The translations under genes and the position numbers were made by a program. A model generated the notes under the pieces. That model was not told the origin of the DNA. It made no database searches and was given only the letters and a program-made list of their open reading frames with translations. Source: a virus (lineage: Duplodnaviria; Caudoviricetes). Taken from it: a DNA stretch of 54,788 nucleotides. The stretch covers positions 1 through 54,788 of IMG/VR virus record IMGVR_UViG_3300012352_000444; one strand, given 5' to 3'. Of the stretch, positions 34,251 through 44,803 are shown one piece after another. The first letter of the stretch is position 1; each line of letters starts with the position of its first letter.

Positions 34251-36026
34251 TTAGATTAGATTTAAATTGCTTAGAAAGTCCTTAACGTCGTCAGGCATTT
34301 CCTTACTTTCTAATTTTACCATACCGTTATTTTCTTTGTCAACTCGGGAAGAAGTCCATGTATGAACCTCAACCTCTTGTTCATAATCTTTAATAGTATG
34401 GCTAATTGCTCCAAAAACCGCACCGCATACTGCGTCTGCTAAGTCTTTAGATTTCTTTCTTGGGTGATCTACACGATTACCCTTCATGATTTTTAGCTCT
34501 GACATTTCTTCAAGAAGAAGTGGAATCATTGGGATTGCCACTCTTTCTTCATAAACCATCATTGCTAAATCCTCATAATGTTTCTTAGCAACAGAAACAG
34601 TATCAGTCTTTATTCCAACTGACTTTAATTCCTGCTGAATATCAAATGATTGCCAACGGTCAAATGAAACCATTCCAATGTTGAATCCCTGTCTTCTAAG
34701 ATTTTGAATCCATTGCTTTACCTCTGATAGGTTAACTGGACCTTCTACCTTTGGTTCCCACCATGCTACTGCATCCACAATAACCATTGGCACTACTTGC
34801 TCATAATCTTTCATTACCTGGATGTTTACCCATTTATCAACATGTGCAATTGCTACAGCACACTTGTCATGCTTTTGTGCAAGGTCAGCATGAACATAAT
34901 AAACTTTATCTGGATCTGGTTTAAATGATTCATCAAATCTTCTAAACTGATCAACAGGATTTCTTAAAGTCATACATCTTTCAAGCTTATCCTTTTGCTT
35001 GAAGAATGCATCAGACATGTATGTTGGAATACATGCAAAGCGTTGCATAGCATCTCCCATATCAGTAAAGAATGAGATCTTAAAATCATCTATCTTTCTG
35101 GTAGGATTTACTACCCATGTTGGTCTTTTTAATGCAAATACTCCTGGTATTTTATATGAAATAATAGTATCTTCATCCCATGAAATCTCAAGAGAGTTTC
35201 CTTCAGCATCTTCTGGAAGGTCTTCGTTCATAATAAACTTGTGTGTTTTTTCTACAACTTCTTTATCAGCAATTACAGCATCATATCTTTGTGATATAAA
35301 GTCTCCTGGAAAACGGGGGAAAGAAAGTAGTGCAACTTTACCAAGATCTGGAAAACGAGAATCTACAGAAGCACGGAAAGCTTTATAGATATTGTCTGCA
35401 GTCTTACCTTGATCATTTCCTGTTCCTACCTCTGTAGCAAAACCAGAAATTTCGTCAAGCACTGCAAGGATAAGGTTCAAACCTTCATGTGATTCACGCT
35501 CTGAGTGACCTGAATAAACTGTTAATGCTTTATCAAACTCAATGCTTTCTGCTTTAGCATTATACTTTCCTGCAAACCAAGGTGATTTTTCAATCTTTGT
35601 CTTAAATCCTTTAAAGAAAACGTTCTTAGCCTGCTGAGCGTTAATAGCAACGTTAATAATATCAATAGCATCTCCTGATGGCTTGCCAAAGTATCTTGCT
35701 GGATCCTTTAAACATAATAGTTTGTATACAATATATGCACATGCTACTGTAGATACAAAATCTTTTCCAGATCCCTTGCCAAGTTGCAGAATAATTTCAT
35801 TCTTTGTATATTTTTTATAATATCTTTTGCCTTCTTCATGACCCAAAATAGCAATTACATCTGCTTCTTTATAGATCTGACTCATTGCTTCTACAATGTC
35901 ATACTGAATATCTGATAGTGGTGGTTGACCAAGATATGCTTCGCCTTCAACAAAAGTCTTTGCATTAACTGGCATTTCATCAAAATTGCTGTCTGTAAGT
36001 GCTTCTAAAAAATCATCGAACATCAT
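34251..36026 (-). CDS. terL: Terminase large subunit
   Basis: GKGSGKD Walker A, LAVLDE Walker B, nuclease HADL...D and KDLADA. Confidence 0.9.
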   Translation of the reverse strand: MMFDDFLEALTDSNFDEMPVNAKTFVEGEAYLGQPPLSDIQYDIVEAMSQIYKEADVIAILGHEEGKRYYKKYTKNEIILQLGKGSGKDFVSTVACAYIVYKLLCLKDPARYFGKPSGDAIDIINVAINAQQAKNVFFKGFKTKIEKSPWFAGKYNAKAESIEFDKALTVYSGHSERESHEGLNLILAVLDEISGFATEVGTGNDQGKTADNIYKAFRASVDSRFPDLGKVALLSFPRFPGDFISQRYDAVIADKEVVEKTHKFIMNEDLPEDAEGNSLEISWDEDTIISYKIPGVFALKRPTWVVNPTRKIDDFKISFFTDMGDAMQRFACIPTYMSDAFFKQKDKLERCMTLRNPVDQFRRFDESFKPDPDKVYYVHADLAQKHDKCAVAIAHVDKWVNIQVMKDYEQVVPMVIVDAVAWWEPKVEGPVNLSEVKQWIQNLRRQGFNIGMVSFDRWQSFDIQQELKSVGIKTDTVSVAKKHYEDLAMMVYEERVAIPMIPLLLEEMSELKIMKGNRVDHPRKKSKDLADAVCGAVFGAISHTIKDYEQEVEVHTWTSSRVDKENNGMVKLESKEMPDDVKDFLSNLNLI

Positions 36027-36552
36027 GCACCACTGTAATTACTTCACCATCTCTAGCAATAGATGCTAATCTTTGAAGAATTAAATCACGAACTTCTGGA
36101 TGCTCTGTTGCTATATCTCTAAGAATTCCCACAAGAACTTCTTGCTTTCTTTCAATCTCAACCATTTCTTCTGCAAGCTCTTTGTTTTCAAGAAGTCCAG
36201 CTTTTTGAAGCATGTCAATTCTTTTAGACTCAATATCCATAACAAGTTTAATTGCAGCAGTTTTTGCACCAAGGTTGGCAGTTGTATTTGCATCCTCAAT
36301 AACTTCATATGTCTGTGTAATTAGTTTACTATAGTGTGCATCAGCACTTACCAAAGCATCTTTTGCTCTAGCACGAATAGCAGTATTGTCAGAAGCCATA
36401 CGCTTCCATTCATCTAGGTGCGCTACTACACGTGTTCTAGGTATGCTTAGATACTTAGAGATTTTTGTTGGGTCATTACCCTTCAAATATTCTGAAACAA
36501 CACGATTAACTTCATCTAGATGCTTAACAAGTTCAATCTCAGTATCTGACAT
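36013..36552 (-). CDS. Probable terminase small subunit
   Basis: N-terminal HTH plus helical region; directly upstream of terL. Confidence 0.55.
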   Translation of the reverse strand: MSDTEIELVKHLDEVNRVVSEYLKGNDPTKISKYLSIPRTRVVAHLDEWKRMASDNTAIRARAKDALVSADAHYSKLITQTYEVIEDANTTANLGAKTAAIKLVMDIESKRIDMLQKAGLLENKELAEEMVEIERKQEVLVGILRDIATEHPEVRDLILQRLASIARDGEVITVVHDVR

Positions 36553-36784
36553 TTTTACCCTCTAGTCTATTAATTTCATCTTTAATATAGAAGATAGCCT
36601 TTTCAAGATCTTGGATAACCTTATCTTCATCTTTAAGTCCTGCTCGCCAAAGGTATTTAAATGCATTACCAATATTAAAATTGCGATGACGTGTTATCTG
36701 AATACACTCAATGCCACTTGGATCTGATGTGTAGTGTGCTGGATGATTGACTTGATCAACTGTAATGTTTAAGTTTTTACTCAT
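36539..36784 (-). CDS. DUF3310 protein
   Basis: DQVNHPAHY, IECI, GNAFKYLWRAG.K, DLEKA.FY. Confidence 0.9.
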   Translation of the reverse strand: MSKNLNITVDQVNHPAHYTSDPSGIECIQITRHRNFNIGNAFKYLWRAGLKDEDKVIQDLEKAIFYIKDEINRLEGKNVRY

Positions 36785-36899
36785 CGTCATCTTCCAAATC
36801 AAACAGGTCTGGCATCCCCTTTAAAGAAGAAACTAGATACGTTAGACCAACTGCACCAGCTAGACCTAGGCTAAATAATACTTTCTTTGTTTTACTCAT
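36777..36899 (-). CDS. 40-aa membrane microprotein
   Basis: MSKTKKVLFSLGLAGAVGLTYLV...; coupled. Confidence 0.55.
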   Translation of the reverse strand: MSKTKKVLFSLGLAGAVGLTYLVSSLKGMPDLFDLEDDDE

Positions 36900-37051
36900 C
36901 TTTTTGACTTCCTTAATCCAAATTTTGCAAGATAGACATAGATAGTCTCTACGCTAGCTCCAGATTCTTTTGCAATCTCTTGTGGAGTTTTCTTATCCAC
37001 TAGAAATCTTTTACGAAGCCATGCCTCGCTTGTATATAGTTTAGCAGCCAT
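36896..37051 (-). CDS. 51-aa HTH protein
   Basis: WLRKRF...TPQEIAKESGASVETIYVYL.KFG. Confidence 0.7.
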   Translation of the reverse strand: MAAKLYTSEAWLRKRFLVDKKTPQEIAKESGASVETIYVYLAKFGLRKSKR

Positions 37052-37055
37052 AATG

Positions 37056-37643
37056 TTATTTGTCAACTCCTATTGCTTTATGCCAGTTTTTAATTGCCCA
37101 ATACCCAATACCGCAAGCATCTGCAACATCGTTATCAGTAATAGACTTATCATACTGAATATTAATAAAGTCGATAGTTCTTTTTTTACGAAGATCTCTT
37201 TCATAACTCTTTAACCAAGACTCTGATTTGCCTGGATTCTGAGATTTTATTAGTAGTTTTTCTTCTTTAGAAATCTTCTTATTACCCATAAAGTTTTGCC
37301 AAGTAATAGGGGCAACCTTGCCAATGATACGAATACCAGATTGTCCTGCTGCACCTAGTAAAGCTCCTTGAACTAAAGCTAAGTCAGCAGCAGTCTTGGG
37401 GCTATTCATAAACACTGTATGCTCAATAACAATAGCATCTACATTTACAATATGCTCGAATAACCCTTTAGACTTTCTACCAGCATCAATAACCTTTTCG
37501 TATATATCTTTACCTTGAAAGTTAATCTTGCCAACTTCTTTAAGATATCCTCCATGGAAGGTAGCATATGCAAGACTATTAGTGCTAGCATCAATAGCAC
37601 AGATTCTTTCAGGCATAGGCATATTATTTAGTATTGTCTTCAT
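37056..37643 (-). CDS. RuvC-like Holliday junction resolvase
   Basis: AIDAS, IVIE, DVADA. Confidence 0.8.
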   Translation of the reverse strand: MKTILNNMPMPERICAIDASTNSLAYATFHGGYLKEVGKINFQGKDIYEKVIDAGRKSKGLFEHIVNVDAIVIEHTVFMNSPKTAADLALVQGALLGAAGQSGIRIIGKVAPITWQNFMGNKKISKEEKLLIKSQNPGKSESWLKSYERDLRKKRTIDFINIQYDKSITDNDVADACGIGYWAIKNWHKAIGVDK

Positions 37644-37923
37644 AATCATGCATAAGCCCCTTAATCTCTTTGATCTTTTTAATTACTTGCTTATTATTAA
37701 TTGAACAAACATTGCATAGTGTTTCATCATTATAAACAGATAACTTTGTGCCACAGCCACCAGAACACATACGAATTTTGTCCTTGCGCTTTTTCCTACG
37801 TAAAATTTTATGTCTATCAACAATCTTTTCTTTTGTTGCTTGTTCTCTACACTCTGAAGAGCAATAAATTTGATAAGATACTGCTGGCGTAAATGTTTTA
37901 TCGCACCAGCTACATAGCTTCAC
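37624..37923 (-). CDS. Cys-rich Zn-binding hypothetical protein
   Basis: CSWC...YCS.EC...C..C. Confidence 0.7.
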   Translation of the reverse strand: MKLCSWCDKTFTPAVSYQIYCSSECREQATKEKIVDRHKILRRKKRKDKIRMCSGGCGTKLSVYNDETLCNVCSINNKQVIKKIKEIKGLMHDYEDNTK

Positions 37924-38722
37924 TTGGTTCCTCTAGTGCTGCAATTTTAAGCTCCCCCGCTTCAGCTGCATCACATGCTTTACGAACTGGACATGTCTTA
38001 CAAATCTTTGAGTTTGAACGATAATTCTTTTTAGGAATAGTTCTATTAACCCATGCTTGACGTGTCTCACGTAGCCAATCAAATGCATAGTTAATCCATG
38101 CAGTATTAGACTCATTCATCTCAACTGGAAATACTAGCAAGTCATGATTGTTTTTATTCTCATAAATTAAAACAGCCTTCTTCTTATTAAGAATCTTCAT
38201 ATAGATAAGGATCTGGATCAAGTGACCAGTCTTTGCCTTGCCTGCTGTTCTACGATATTCGAATCCCTCACTAGGCATTGTCTTAATTTCACCAAGCAGT
38301 TCTTCTCCTTCCCAATTAAGCATTACATCTCCATACCCAAAAATTGGGGGATCAGATGCAATAACCTTAAACTCAGTAGTAGTCTCACCCTTATCATTAA
38401 CATAAGGAATTGCAAGTCCTGAAGCAAGCATTGCATTTTGGATTCTGTCATGAGATAGTGTTCCAGCAGTCATATTAGCTACACCATACGCATCTGAGTA
38501 GTCATCAAAAGTATTTCCATCAAAAGCAAGATACCAGTATCTAGCACATTCTCCAAAGCCATAGGCAATGGTTGATGGTGCAAAGGTCTTCTTTTGAACA
38601 TGCTTAGATACACGATTAATTGTGTATCCTTCCTTAATCTTTTCAATCAGTGCATCTTGATCTACTAGCTTGCTTTTCTCTGAAGGTTTAAGCATTACCT
38701 GCTTAATTAGGTTTATAGCCAA
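37910..38722 (-). CDS. Cas4-like PD-(D/E)XK exonuclease
   Basis: PS...C.R, D...EIKT, Q...Y, CKTCPVRKAC Fe-S staple. Confidence 0.8.
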   Translation of the reverse strand: MAINLIKQVMLKPSEKSKLVDQDALIEKIKEGYTINRVSKHVQKKTFAPSTIAYGFGECARYWYLAFDGNTFDDYSDAYGVANMTAGTLSHDRIQNAMLASGLAIPYVNDKGETTTEFKVIASDPPIFGYGDVMLNWEGEELLGEIKTMPSEGFEYRRTAGKAKTGHLIQILIYMKILNKKKAVLIYENKNNHDLLVFPVEMNESNTAWINYAFDWLRETRQAWVNRTIPKKNYRSNSKICKTCPVRKACDAAEAGELKIAALEEPSEAM

Positions 38723-38756
38723 TTTTTTCTCTTTTCTGTTAGTTTAATTATACCAG

Positions 38757-39062
38757 TTACCTGGCGATATACTTAAGAGCAGAGACTAAATTATTAATCG
38801 CTTCTGCAGAAGTGTAATACAAGTTTTTCTTACCACGATCTGACTTATCAACATTTGCCATCCATGTTGCTTTGAGGGACATCTTTGCTGCAATTGCTTG
38901 AAGCCTAACAATCTCTACATGCGCTACATGAATTGGAATGTCTGGTTTAATAATAAGCTTAGCAATCATTGTTAATGCTGCCGTTAGCTCTTCATCTTGC
39001 ATAAAGTCTGCAATCTCAGACAATCCATTAATCATTTCTAGTGTTGTTTGCTGTTGTTCCAT
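38757..39062 (-). CDS. Hypothetical protein
   Basis: ORF track. Confidence 0.75.
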   Translation of the reverse strand: MEQQQTTLEMINGLSEIADFMQDEELTAALTMIAKLIIKPDIPIHVAHVEIVRLQAIAAKMSLKATWMANVDKSDRGKKNLYYTSAEAINNLVSALKYIAR

Positions 39063-39346
39063 TATTGTTCTCCCACTAACTGTTCTAGTATTTCTACTTC
39101 AATTATAGCAAGTCTAACCTTCTGATTACCCTCGCCAAGAATAACGAAGATAGCTGGATCATTGTGATTCTTGAGAGCATCTGTTACTGCTTTAGCCCAG
39201 TTATCTTTATTGACAGTAAAACCTTTTGGATATTCCTTAAAGTCCACCGTAAAGTTATTCCAAGACGCATCACCCTTTTTAGTGTTACGTCCTGAGTTCT
39301 TATGCTGTGTAGCACCAATTCTCTTGGCTTCACCTCGCTCAGACAT
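39062..39346 (-). CDS. Small PD-(D/E)XK resolvase-like protein
   Basis: SG...KGD...VDFKE. Confidence 0.6.
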   Translation of the reverse strand: MSERGEAKRIGATQHKNSGRNTKKGDASWNNFTVDFKEYPKGFTVNKDNWAKAVTDALKNHNDPAIFVILGEGNQKVRLAIIEVEILEQLVGEQ

Positions 39347-39506
39347 GCTTTTTCCTTTTCGGATCCATGTTTACCTTAGTAACATGTTTTTTGGCACACT
39401 GCCAAGTAACGTCTAAAGTATCATGCCATAGTCTTGCGGAAGTAACTTCTTCAGAGCATCTCTTGCATATAAATTTACCATTATAAGTTGAAAATGGTTT
39501 ATACAT
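39339..39506 (-). CDS. 55-aa Zn-ribbon microprotein
   Basis: CKRC...W.C..KH; overlaps both neighbours. Confidence 0.6.
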   Translation of the reverse strand: MYKPFSTYNGKFICKRCSEEVTSARLWHDTLDVTWQCAKKHVTKVNMDPKRKKHV

Positions 39507-40515
39507 TCAACACCTTAGATTTTAAGTCTTCTTGTAAGTCTAAATCTTCACGAACACGATTGATAAAGCCTTCACGACCTTGCACCTTTGTACCGTCATC
39601 AAGCTGATACCACGCACCAGTTCTATTAATTAAGCCTATAGATTCTGCGGTATCAACAAGATCACCAATGCTATCAATACCAACAGTATCTCCCCTAAAA
39701 TAAAAGTCATACTCACCAGACTGAAAACCAGGAGATGTTTTAGAAAATTGGAGTTCCCACCTAATCTTGCGACCAATCTTTTCTTCAATAAGCTTATCTC
39801 CAATATGGATCTTTCCCTTAATCGCTTGATTGTCTGACTCTGACGAAAAGAGTTTAATAACCGTTGAAGAATAGAACTTAGTAGCTTGACCACCAGTAGG
39901 CTGCTGACTAGTATACATAGCGTTAATGTTATTACGAGACTGAGAAATAAGAACAAGGAGAGTAGGCTTAACTTTATTATTAGCATAGTTAAGCATCTTC
40001 CAAGCGTTACTAAAATCTCTCGACTCCGCACCAATCTGTTTTGTATTTTCAAGTTGTTTAAGTTCATCTGAATCCTTTTCAAAATAAATAGCTGGCAATA
40101 AAGAAGTAATTGAGTCAATAACAATCATATCGACTCCAGCGTTCATAAGGTTTGTTCCAACATCTACCATCTCATTAATAGTACGAGTTTGTGTAACAAT
40201 AAGCTTTGAGGTATCTACCCCGAGCTTTTCTGCCCATGTCTTATCGTATGACATTTCGGCATCAATCCAAGCACAGATCTTTCCTTCTTTCTGTGCTATA
40301 GCAATCATCTGAAGGCATGCAGAAGACTTTGCAGAGGACTTAGAGCCCCAAACAAGGATCTGGCGACCATAAGGTAGGCCACCGCCTAAAGCACGGTTTA
40401 AACCAAAGCTAGGGGTTGCTGCGTATTCTGTTGGAGGAATTGAATCTCCTACAAGAATAGTCTTTCGTAGTTTAGGACTAAGCTGAGCTAATACATCTTC
40501 AACGGTTAATGTCAT
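39499..40515 (-). CDS. recA: RecA/UvsX-like recombinase
   Basis: ALGGGLPYGR, GSKSSAKS, WIDAE, IVIDS, ISQ.R, TGAWY. Confidence 0.93.
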   Translation of the reverse strand: MTLTVEDVLAQLSPKLRKTILVGDSIPPTEYAATPSFGLNRALGGGLPYGRQILVWGSKSSAKSSACLQMIAIAQKEGKICAWIDAEMSYDKTWAEKLGVDTSKLIVTQTRTINEMVDVGTNLMNAGVDMIVIDSITSLLPAIYFEKDSDELKQLENTKQIGAESRDFSNAWKMLNYANNKVKPTLLVLISQSRNNINAMYTSQQPTGGQATKFYSSTVIKLFSSESDNQAIKGKIHIGDKLIEEKIGRKIRWELQFSKTSPGFQSGEYDFYFRGDTVGIDSIGDLVDTAESIGLINRTGAWYQLDDGTKVQGREGFINRVREDLDLQEDLKSKVLNV

Positions 40516-40850
40516 TAGAATCGTACCCCATGCTTATCTGGACGAGTCTTATTAAACTCTACCTTTTCTCGCAATGCTTCATCTAGAGATAATTTTGTAT
40601 ACCCTGCCTCAACAACTCCAGCATAGAGATCTAGTGTTCGAATGATAATGTCTGCAAACTCCTTAGTAATCTCTTCTTCACCCTTGTCTTTACGAATAGC
40701 TTCCATCACCTCAACAGCTTCTGACACAATCATCATTAACTGTTTTGTAATAAAGATATCATCGACATCATCTAGGTTTGGCCAAAAGCCTTTATCTACA
40801 GCGTTCTTATGCAATTCAATTGCAAAGTTATCTAACACATTATCATACAT
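40515..40850 (-). CDS. MazG-like NTP pyrophosphohydrolase
   Basis: SEAVE..EA.RK...EFADIIIR..D. Confidence 0.8.
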   Translation of the reverse strand: MYDNVLDNFAIELHKNAVDKGFWPNLDDVDDIFITKQLMMIVSEAVEVMEAIRKDKGEEEITKEFADIIIRTLDLYAGVVEAGYTKLSLDEALREKVEFNKTRPDKHGVRF

Positions 40851-43800
40851 TCTGCACATCCTCCATTATAGTTGTTCCATCTTTTGTTTTACCAAAAGTA
40901 AATTTATACGAATTTCCTTCTTCCACCTTCATATACGCCTTAGCATATGCCTGTGGAAATACTGTTACTGAGTGTAGGTTTCTAGATGTATCCGCTAGAG
41001 TTAGCGATGCCATCTTCTTGCCTGCCTTGGTCACTCTTGACTTAAACGAGACAACAAACATCTCTTCTTCCTTATATGGAAGTATACGGTAGTTTAAGAA
41101 TTTAATCAAACCTGCGTGTGAATCTGCAATTTCTTCTGCTGGAATTGCAGTAACGATTCTGTTATCACTTGCAAGAATAATATAAGTTCTACCATTTTCA
41201 ATAGTTGTTTGCTCATCATCAAAGATTCCAATACTACCAGTCTTATCAAGTATCTCAACTCTTGACCAGCCAGTACCTCTCTTAATTCCCTTTACCATTC
41301 CCATTAATATAAAGGCACCCTTCTCTTCAAACTCATCCACTGAGCTAATGAAAGCGTGATAGTGTGAAGGAACTGCAATATTAAATACTGGCAAGTTCAA
41401 GTAATCATATAAGTGATCCTTGATTGCTTCATCATCTCTAGGATTATCTGGGAATGTTGCTGCACCAATTATCTTAAGAGCTTGAAGTGCACGGGAGTTT
41501 ACTCCGTTTCCTTTTGTAAAGGTAAATTCTTCAAGTTCTTTATATGAACTAAATGGTCGTGATGCAATATATCTCTCTGCAATTTTATCAGAGATGAACT
41601 TGATACCACTGAGTCCAAACCGAATACCCTTACCTTCAATTTTAAAATCGATATCCGAATCGTTAACGTGAGGTAGTTTAACGCTAATCCCCATTCTTTT
41701 TGTTTCAATAAGATATTCAGTTCTTGCATCTTTGTCCTTTTCATTTTTTAATAGTGAATACATAAACTCTAGTGGATAATGGTACTTTAACCATGCTGTC
41801 CAGTATGAGAGTGTAGAGTATGCCACAGCGTGTGACTTATTAAATGAGTACCCTGCGTGGGCCTCAAAGTCATGCCATAGGTCTAAAGCATCATTAGGAG
41901 AAATAAACTTGCTAGCACCATTAACAAACTTATCTTTGAAAACATCAAACTCTTTAGCATCTTTTTTCTTTCCAATGATCTTACGTACTTTATCTGCTTC
42001 CGACATGGACATACCGCCAAGCTGTACGCATGCCTGCATAACTTGTTCCTGGTAAAGAATGCAACCATAAGTATCCTCCGTAAATGGTTTTAGAATTTGG
42101 TGAAGGTAATTAATATTTTGACGACCATGCTTACGGTCAATATAATCCTTACCAATAGTATTTGCAGCACCTGGACGAACCAAGGCATTTGAAGCAGCAA
42201 GTTCTGATAGGTTCTTTACGCCCATACGAACTAGAAGGTTTGTATATGGTGTTGCTTCACATTGGAATACACCCTTTGTGTATCCATCTGAAAGCATCTG
42301 ATAAACATTCTTATCATCCATATCAATCTTGAGAAGGTCAATCTTCTTTCCATCTCGCTCTTCAATAATATCAAGAGTGTCTTTTAGAACGCTCAAAGTT
42401 TTAAGTCCAAGTGCATCAATCTTAATCAGACCAATATTCTCTGCTTCACCCATGTCAACAGCAACTACTGGAATTCTTTCATCTGACCCAGTTGTAGAGC
42501 GTGTCTCTAGTGGAGCATGTCTAAAGATTGGCTCCTTACTTGTGACAACGCCAGCAGCGTGAATACCTGTTCCACGAATACGACCTCTAAGTTGTTCACC
42601 ATAAACTTCGACTTCTGGATACTTTTCTCTAAACCATGTAGCATTTTTAGAAAAACAGTATTCATCCCAAGTATCAATAGTCTTTAAAACTTTGTTAACA
42701 TCAGCAAGTGGTATATTCAGAATTCTTGATACATCTCGAACAACACCCTTATCTTTAAACTGTAAGAATGTAGCAATAGAAGCAACATGTCGATACTGTC
42801 TAACTAGATAATCTTTAACTTCATCACGTCTTGTATCTTGAATATCTGAGTCAATATCTGGAAAGTCATTACGGTCTGGATTAATAAATCTAAAGAACAA
42901 AAGTCCATGAACAATTGGATCAATATCTGTAATACCAAGTGTGTAGCAAAGTAGAGAACCAGCAGCAGAACCACGTCCTGGACCTACCATGATTCCTTCC
43001 TTCTTTGCCCAGTTAAGCATATTACGAACAACTAGAAAGTATGAACCAAAATTCTTTTGTCCAATAATTTCTAACTCTTCATCAAGTCTGGATAGGTATT
43101 CTTCCTTACCTTCTAGGCCACGCTCTTGCAAACCTTCTAAAGCAAGCTTCTTAAGCTCACCCATAGGATCTTGATACTGAGCAGGTAGTAAGTCTAGGTG
43201 CTCTTTAATATCATAGTCTTCTACCTTGTTAGCAATCTCCATAGTAGATGTGAACATGTCTTCACGATCAATACCCTGCTTTGCCATGGCATCTTTCATC
43301 TCTTCATATGAAAGCAAGTGAATGTCAAACTTATTAAAACTCATCATACGGTCTGCACCATAAAGGTAATCAAGTCTATCCATGAATGATTCTTGCTTCT
43401 TAGACTTTTCATATGTTACATCTTTTGCCAACTTTGCATGTGTATTAAGAAGAAGCATTAACTCCTGAACCTCTTTCTGACTTGTATCAGAATGGTGACA
43501 GTCTGGAGTAACAACAATCTTAACATTGGAAGCATCAGCTAATTCAATAATACCCTTATTAATCTCAGGTGGATTGTGTGGCATAACTTCAACATAATAG
43601 TCATCGCCAAACTCTTCTTTAAACCATTGAATGTGTCGCTTTGCTGTTGCAAGTTCTCCTAATTCAACGGCCTTTGCAATCCATCCACTAAGACAAGCAG
43701 AGGTTACAATAATTCCTTCTTTATATTTCTTTAGTGTATCAAAGTCAAATCGTGGCTTACTAAAGAATCCTTCTGTCCAAGCAATCTCGTTAATCTTATT

Positions 43801-44118
43801 AAGATTCTCAAGACCTATTTGGTTCTTGGCGAGAAGAACTATATGATGATAATTTTGGTCAAGAGGATCAGTGCGATCTGCCTTTGCTCTCTTATCCGTC
43901 ATATTCGTAGTCATATAGCCTTCTACGCCAAGTATTGGCTTAATGCCCTTTGCTTTTGCAATTCGGTACAGTTCCCGATGCCCAGATAAGGTTCCGTGAT
44001 CTGTGATAGCCAATGCTGGCATACCAAGTTCAACTGCTCGGTCAATATATTCTTCTGGAGTAGCAACACCATCCATTAGTGAATAGTGTGTGTGGACATG
44101 CAAGCCAACGTAATTCAT
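40843..44118 (-). CDS. dnaE: DNA polymerase III alpha subunit (DnaE)
   Basis: HVHTHYS PHP domain, GRGSAAGS, PDIDSD, HAAGV, KIDALGL, YSFNKSH. Confidence 0.97.
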   Translation of the reverse strand: MNYVGLHVHTHYSLMDGVATPEEYIDRAVELGMPALAITDHGTLSGHRELYRIAKAKGIKPILGVEGYMTTNMTDKRAKADRTDPLDQNYHHIVLLAKNQIGLENLNKINEIAWTEGFFSKPRFDFDTLKKYKEGIIVTSACLSGWIAKAVELGELATAKRHIQWFKEEFGDDYYVEVMPHNPPEINKGIIELADASNVKIVVTPDCHHSDTSQKEVQELMLLLNTHAKLAKDVTYEKSKKQESFMDRLDYLYGADRMMSFNKFDIHLLSYEEMKDAMAKQGIDREDMFTSTMEIANKVEDYDIKEHLDLLPAQYQDPMGELKKLALEGLQERGLEGKEEYLSRLDEELEIIGQKNFGSYFLVVRNMLNWAKKEGIMVGPGRGSAAGSLLCYTLGITDIDPIVHGLLFFRFINPDRNDFPDIDSDIQDTRRDEVKDYLVRQYRHVASIATFLQFKDKGVVRDVSRILNIPLADVNKVLKTIDTWDEYCFSKNATWFREKYPEVEVYGEQLRGRIRGTGIHAAGVVTSKEPIFRHAPLETRSTTGSDERIPVVAVDMGEAENIGLIKIDALGLKTLSVLKDTLDIIEERDGKKIDLLKIDMDDKNVYQMLSDGYTKGVFQCEATPYTNLLVRMGVKNLSELAASNALVRPGAANTIGKDYIDRKHGRQNINYLHQILKPFTEDTYGCILYQEQVMQACVQLGGMSMSEADKVRKIIGKKKDAKEFDVFKDKFVNGASKFISPNDALDLWHDFEAHAGYSFNKSHAVAYSTLSYWTAWLKYHYPLEFMYSLLKNEKDKDARTEYLIETKRMGISVKLPHVNDSDIDFKIEGKGIRFGLSGIKFISDKIAERYIASRPFSSYKELEEFTFTKGNGVNSRALQALKIIGAATFPDNPRDDEAIKDHLYDYLNLPVFNIAVPSHYHAFISSVDEFEEKGAFILMGMVKGIKRGTGWSRVEILDKTGSIGIFDDEQTTIENGRTYIILASDNRIVTAIPAEEIADSHAGLIKFLNYRILPYKEEEMFVVSFKSRVTKAGKKMASLTLADTSRNLHSVTVFPQAYAKAYMKVEEGNSYKFTFGKTKDGTTIMEDVQNV

Positions 44119-44122
44119 ACTA

Positions 44123-44776
44123 TTACCAGTCTGCGTTAGTAGTAGTAGTTGTTGGTCCATCAAACCCAAAGTAGAAAGCTTCTTGCTCTGGATATGGGAC
44201 TTCACGAACAACCTTATCTAGGTTGAATGGTTCATATTGTGCCCAGTTAAATGGCTCTGCATCTGGGCTAGTTGGGATAAGAGTATAGTTTGTTTCTGTA
44301 CCCTGTCCATTACGCTTTAACTTCCACTGAAGGTTTGAGATACTTCCAGTTTCTAGTGCGTACTCACGAATTGTATTGAATGCAGACTGCTTGCTGATAC
44401 CCTGTGACCATACGGCTACATAAGGATCTTCAAGACCATCTTCAACAATAACATTGCAGTAGAAGCGCATACGTGCTCTCCAACCGCTCTTAGGCTCCTT
44501 ACGGGCCATCTCACATCCAAAGCAACGACCTAATGAATCAATAGTGCAAGCTGCCTTGCGTTTATAATCCTTTGGGTTTGTGTGCTCTGAAATAACTGCA
44601 GCAAGACCACGTGCTTCTGCGTAGTGTGCTGAGTCTTCGTCGAGTTCTTCGATGAAGCGAATCTTTGCTGACTGTGCATCAGCTAGCTTTACCCATCGAA
44701 CCTTGATTCCTGATGATTCTGGTTTTGGCTTGTCGAGCAGGGCGTTAATGTTTTTGATTCCCTTTACAATGCTCAT
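44123..44776 (-). CDS. Single-stranded DNA-binding protein (phage gp32-like)
   Basis: C...C..C Zn motif, KRNG.G.ET.Y, C-terminal ADW; lies between primase and DnaE. Confidence 0.7.
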   Translation of the reverse strand: MSIVKGIKNINALLDKPKPESSGIKVRWVKLADAQSAKIRFIEELDEDSAHYAEARGLAAVISEHTNPKDYKRKAACTIDSLGRCFGCEMARKEPKSGWRARMRFYCNVIVEDGLEDPYVAVWSQGISKQSAFNTIREYALETGSISNLQWKLKRNGQGTETNYTLIPTSPDAEPFNWAQYEPFNLDKVVREVPYPEQEAFYFGFDGPTTTTTNADW

Positions 44777-44803
44777 ATATTTTGCTCCTTTGTTGTTATG
44801 TTT

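Noticed and set aside
37910-38722. CRISPR-Cas system implied by the Cas4-like gene
   Set aside because: No repeat-spacer array or other cas genes seen; context is the recombination module
40843-44118. Intein or intron in DnaE (also checked RecA, DnaB, TerL)
   Set aside because: Lengths are normal, motifs contiguous, no intein or homing-endonuclease signature seen
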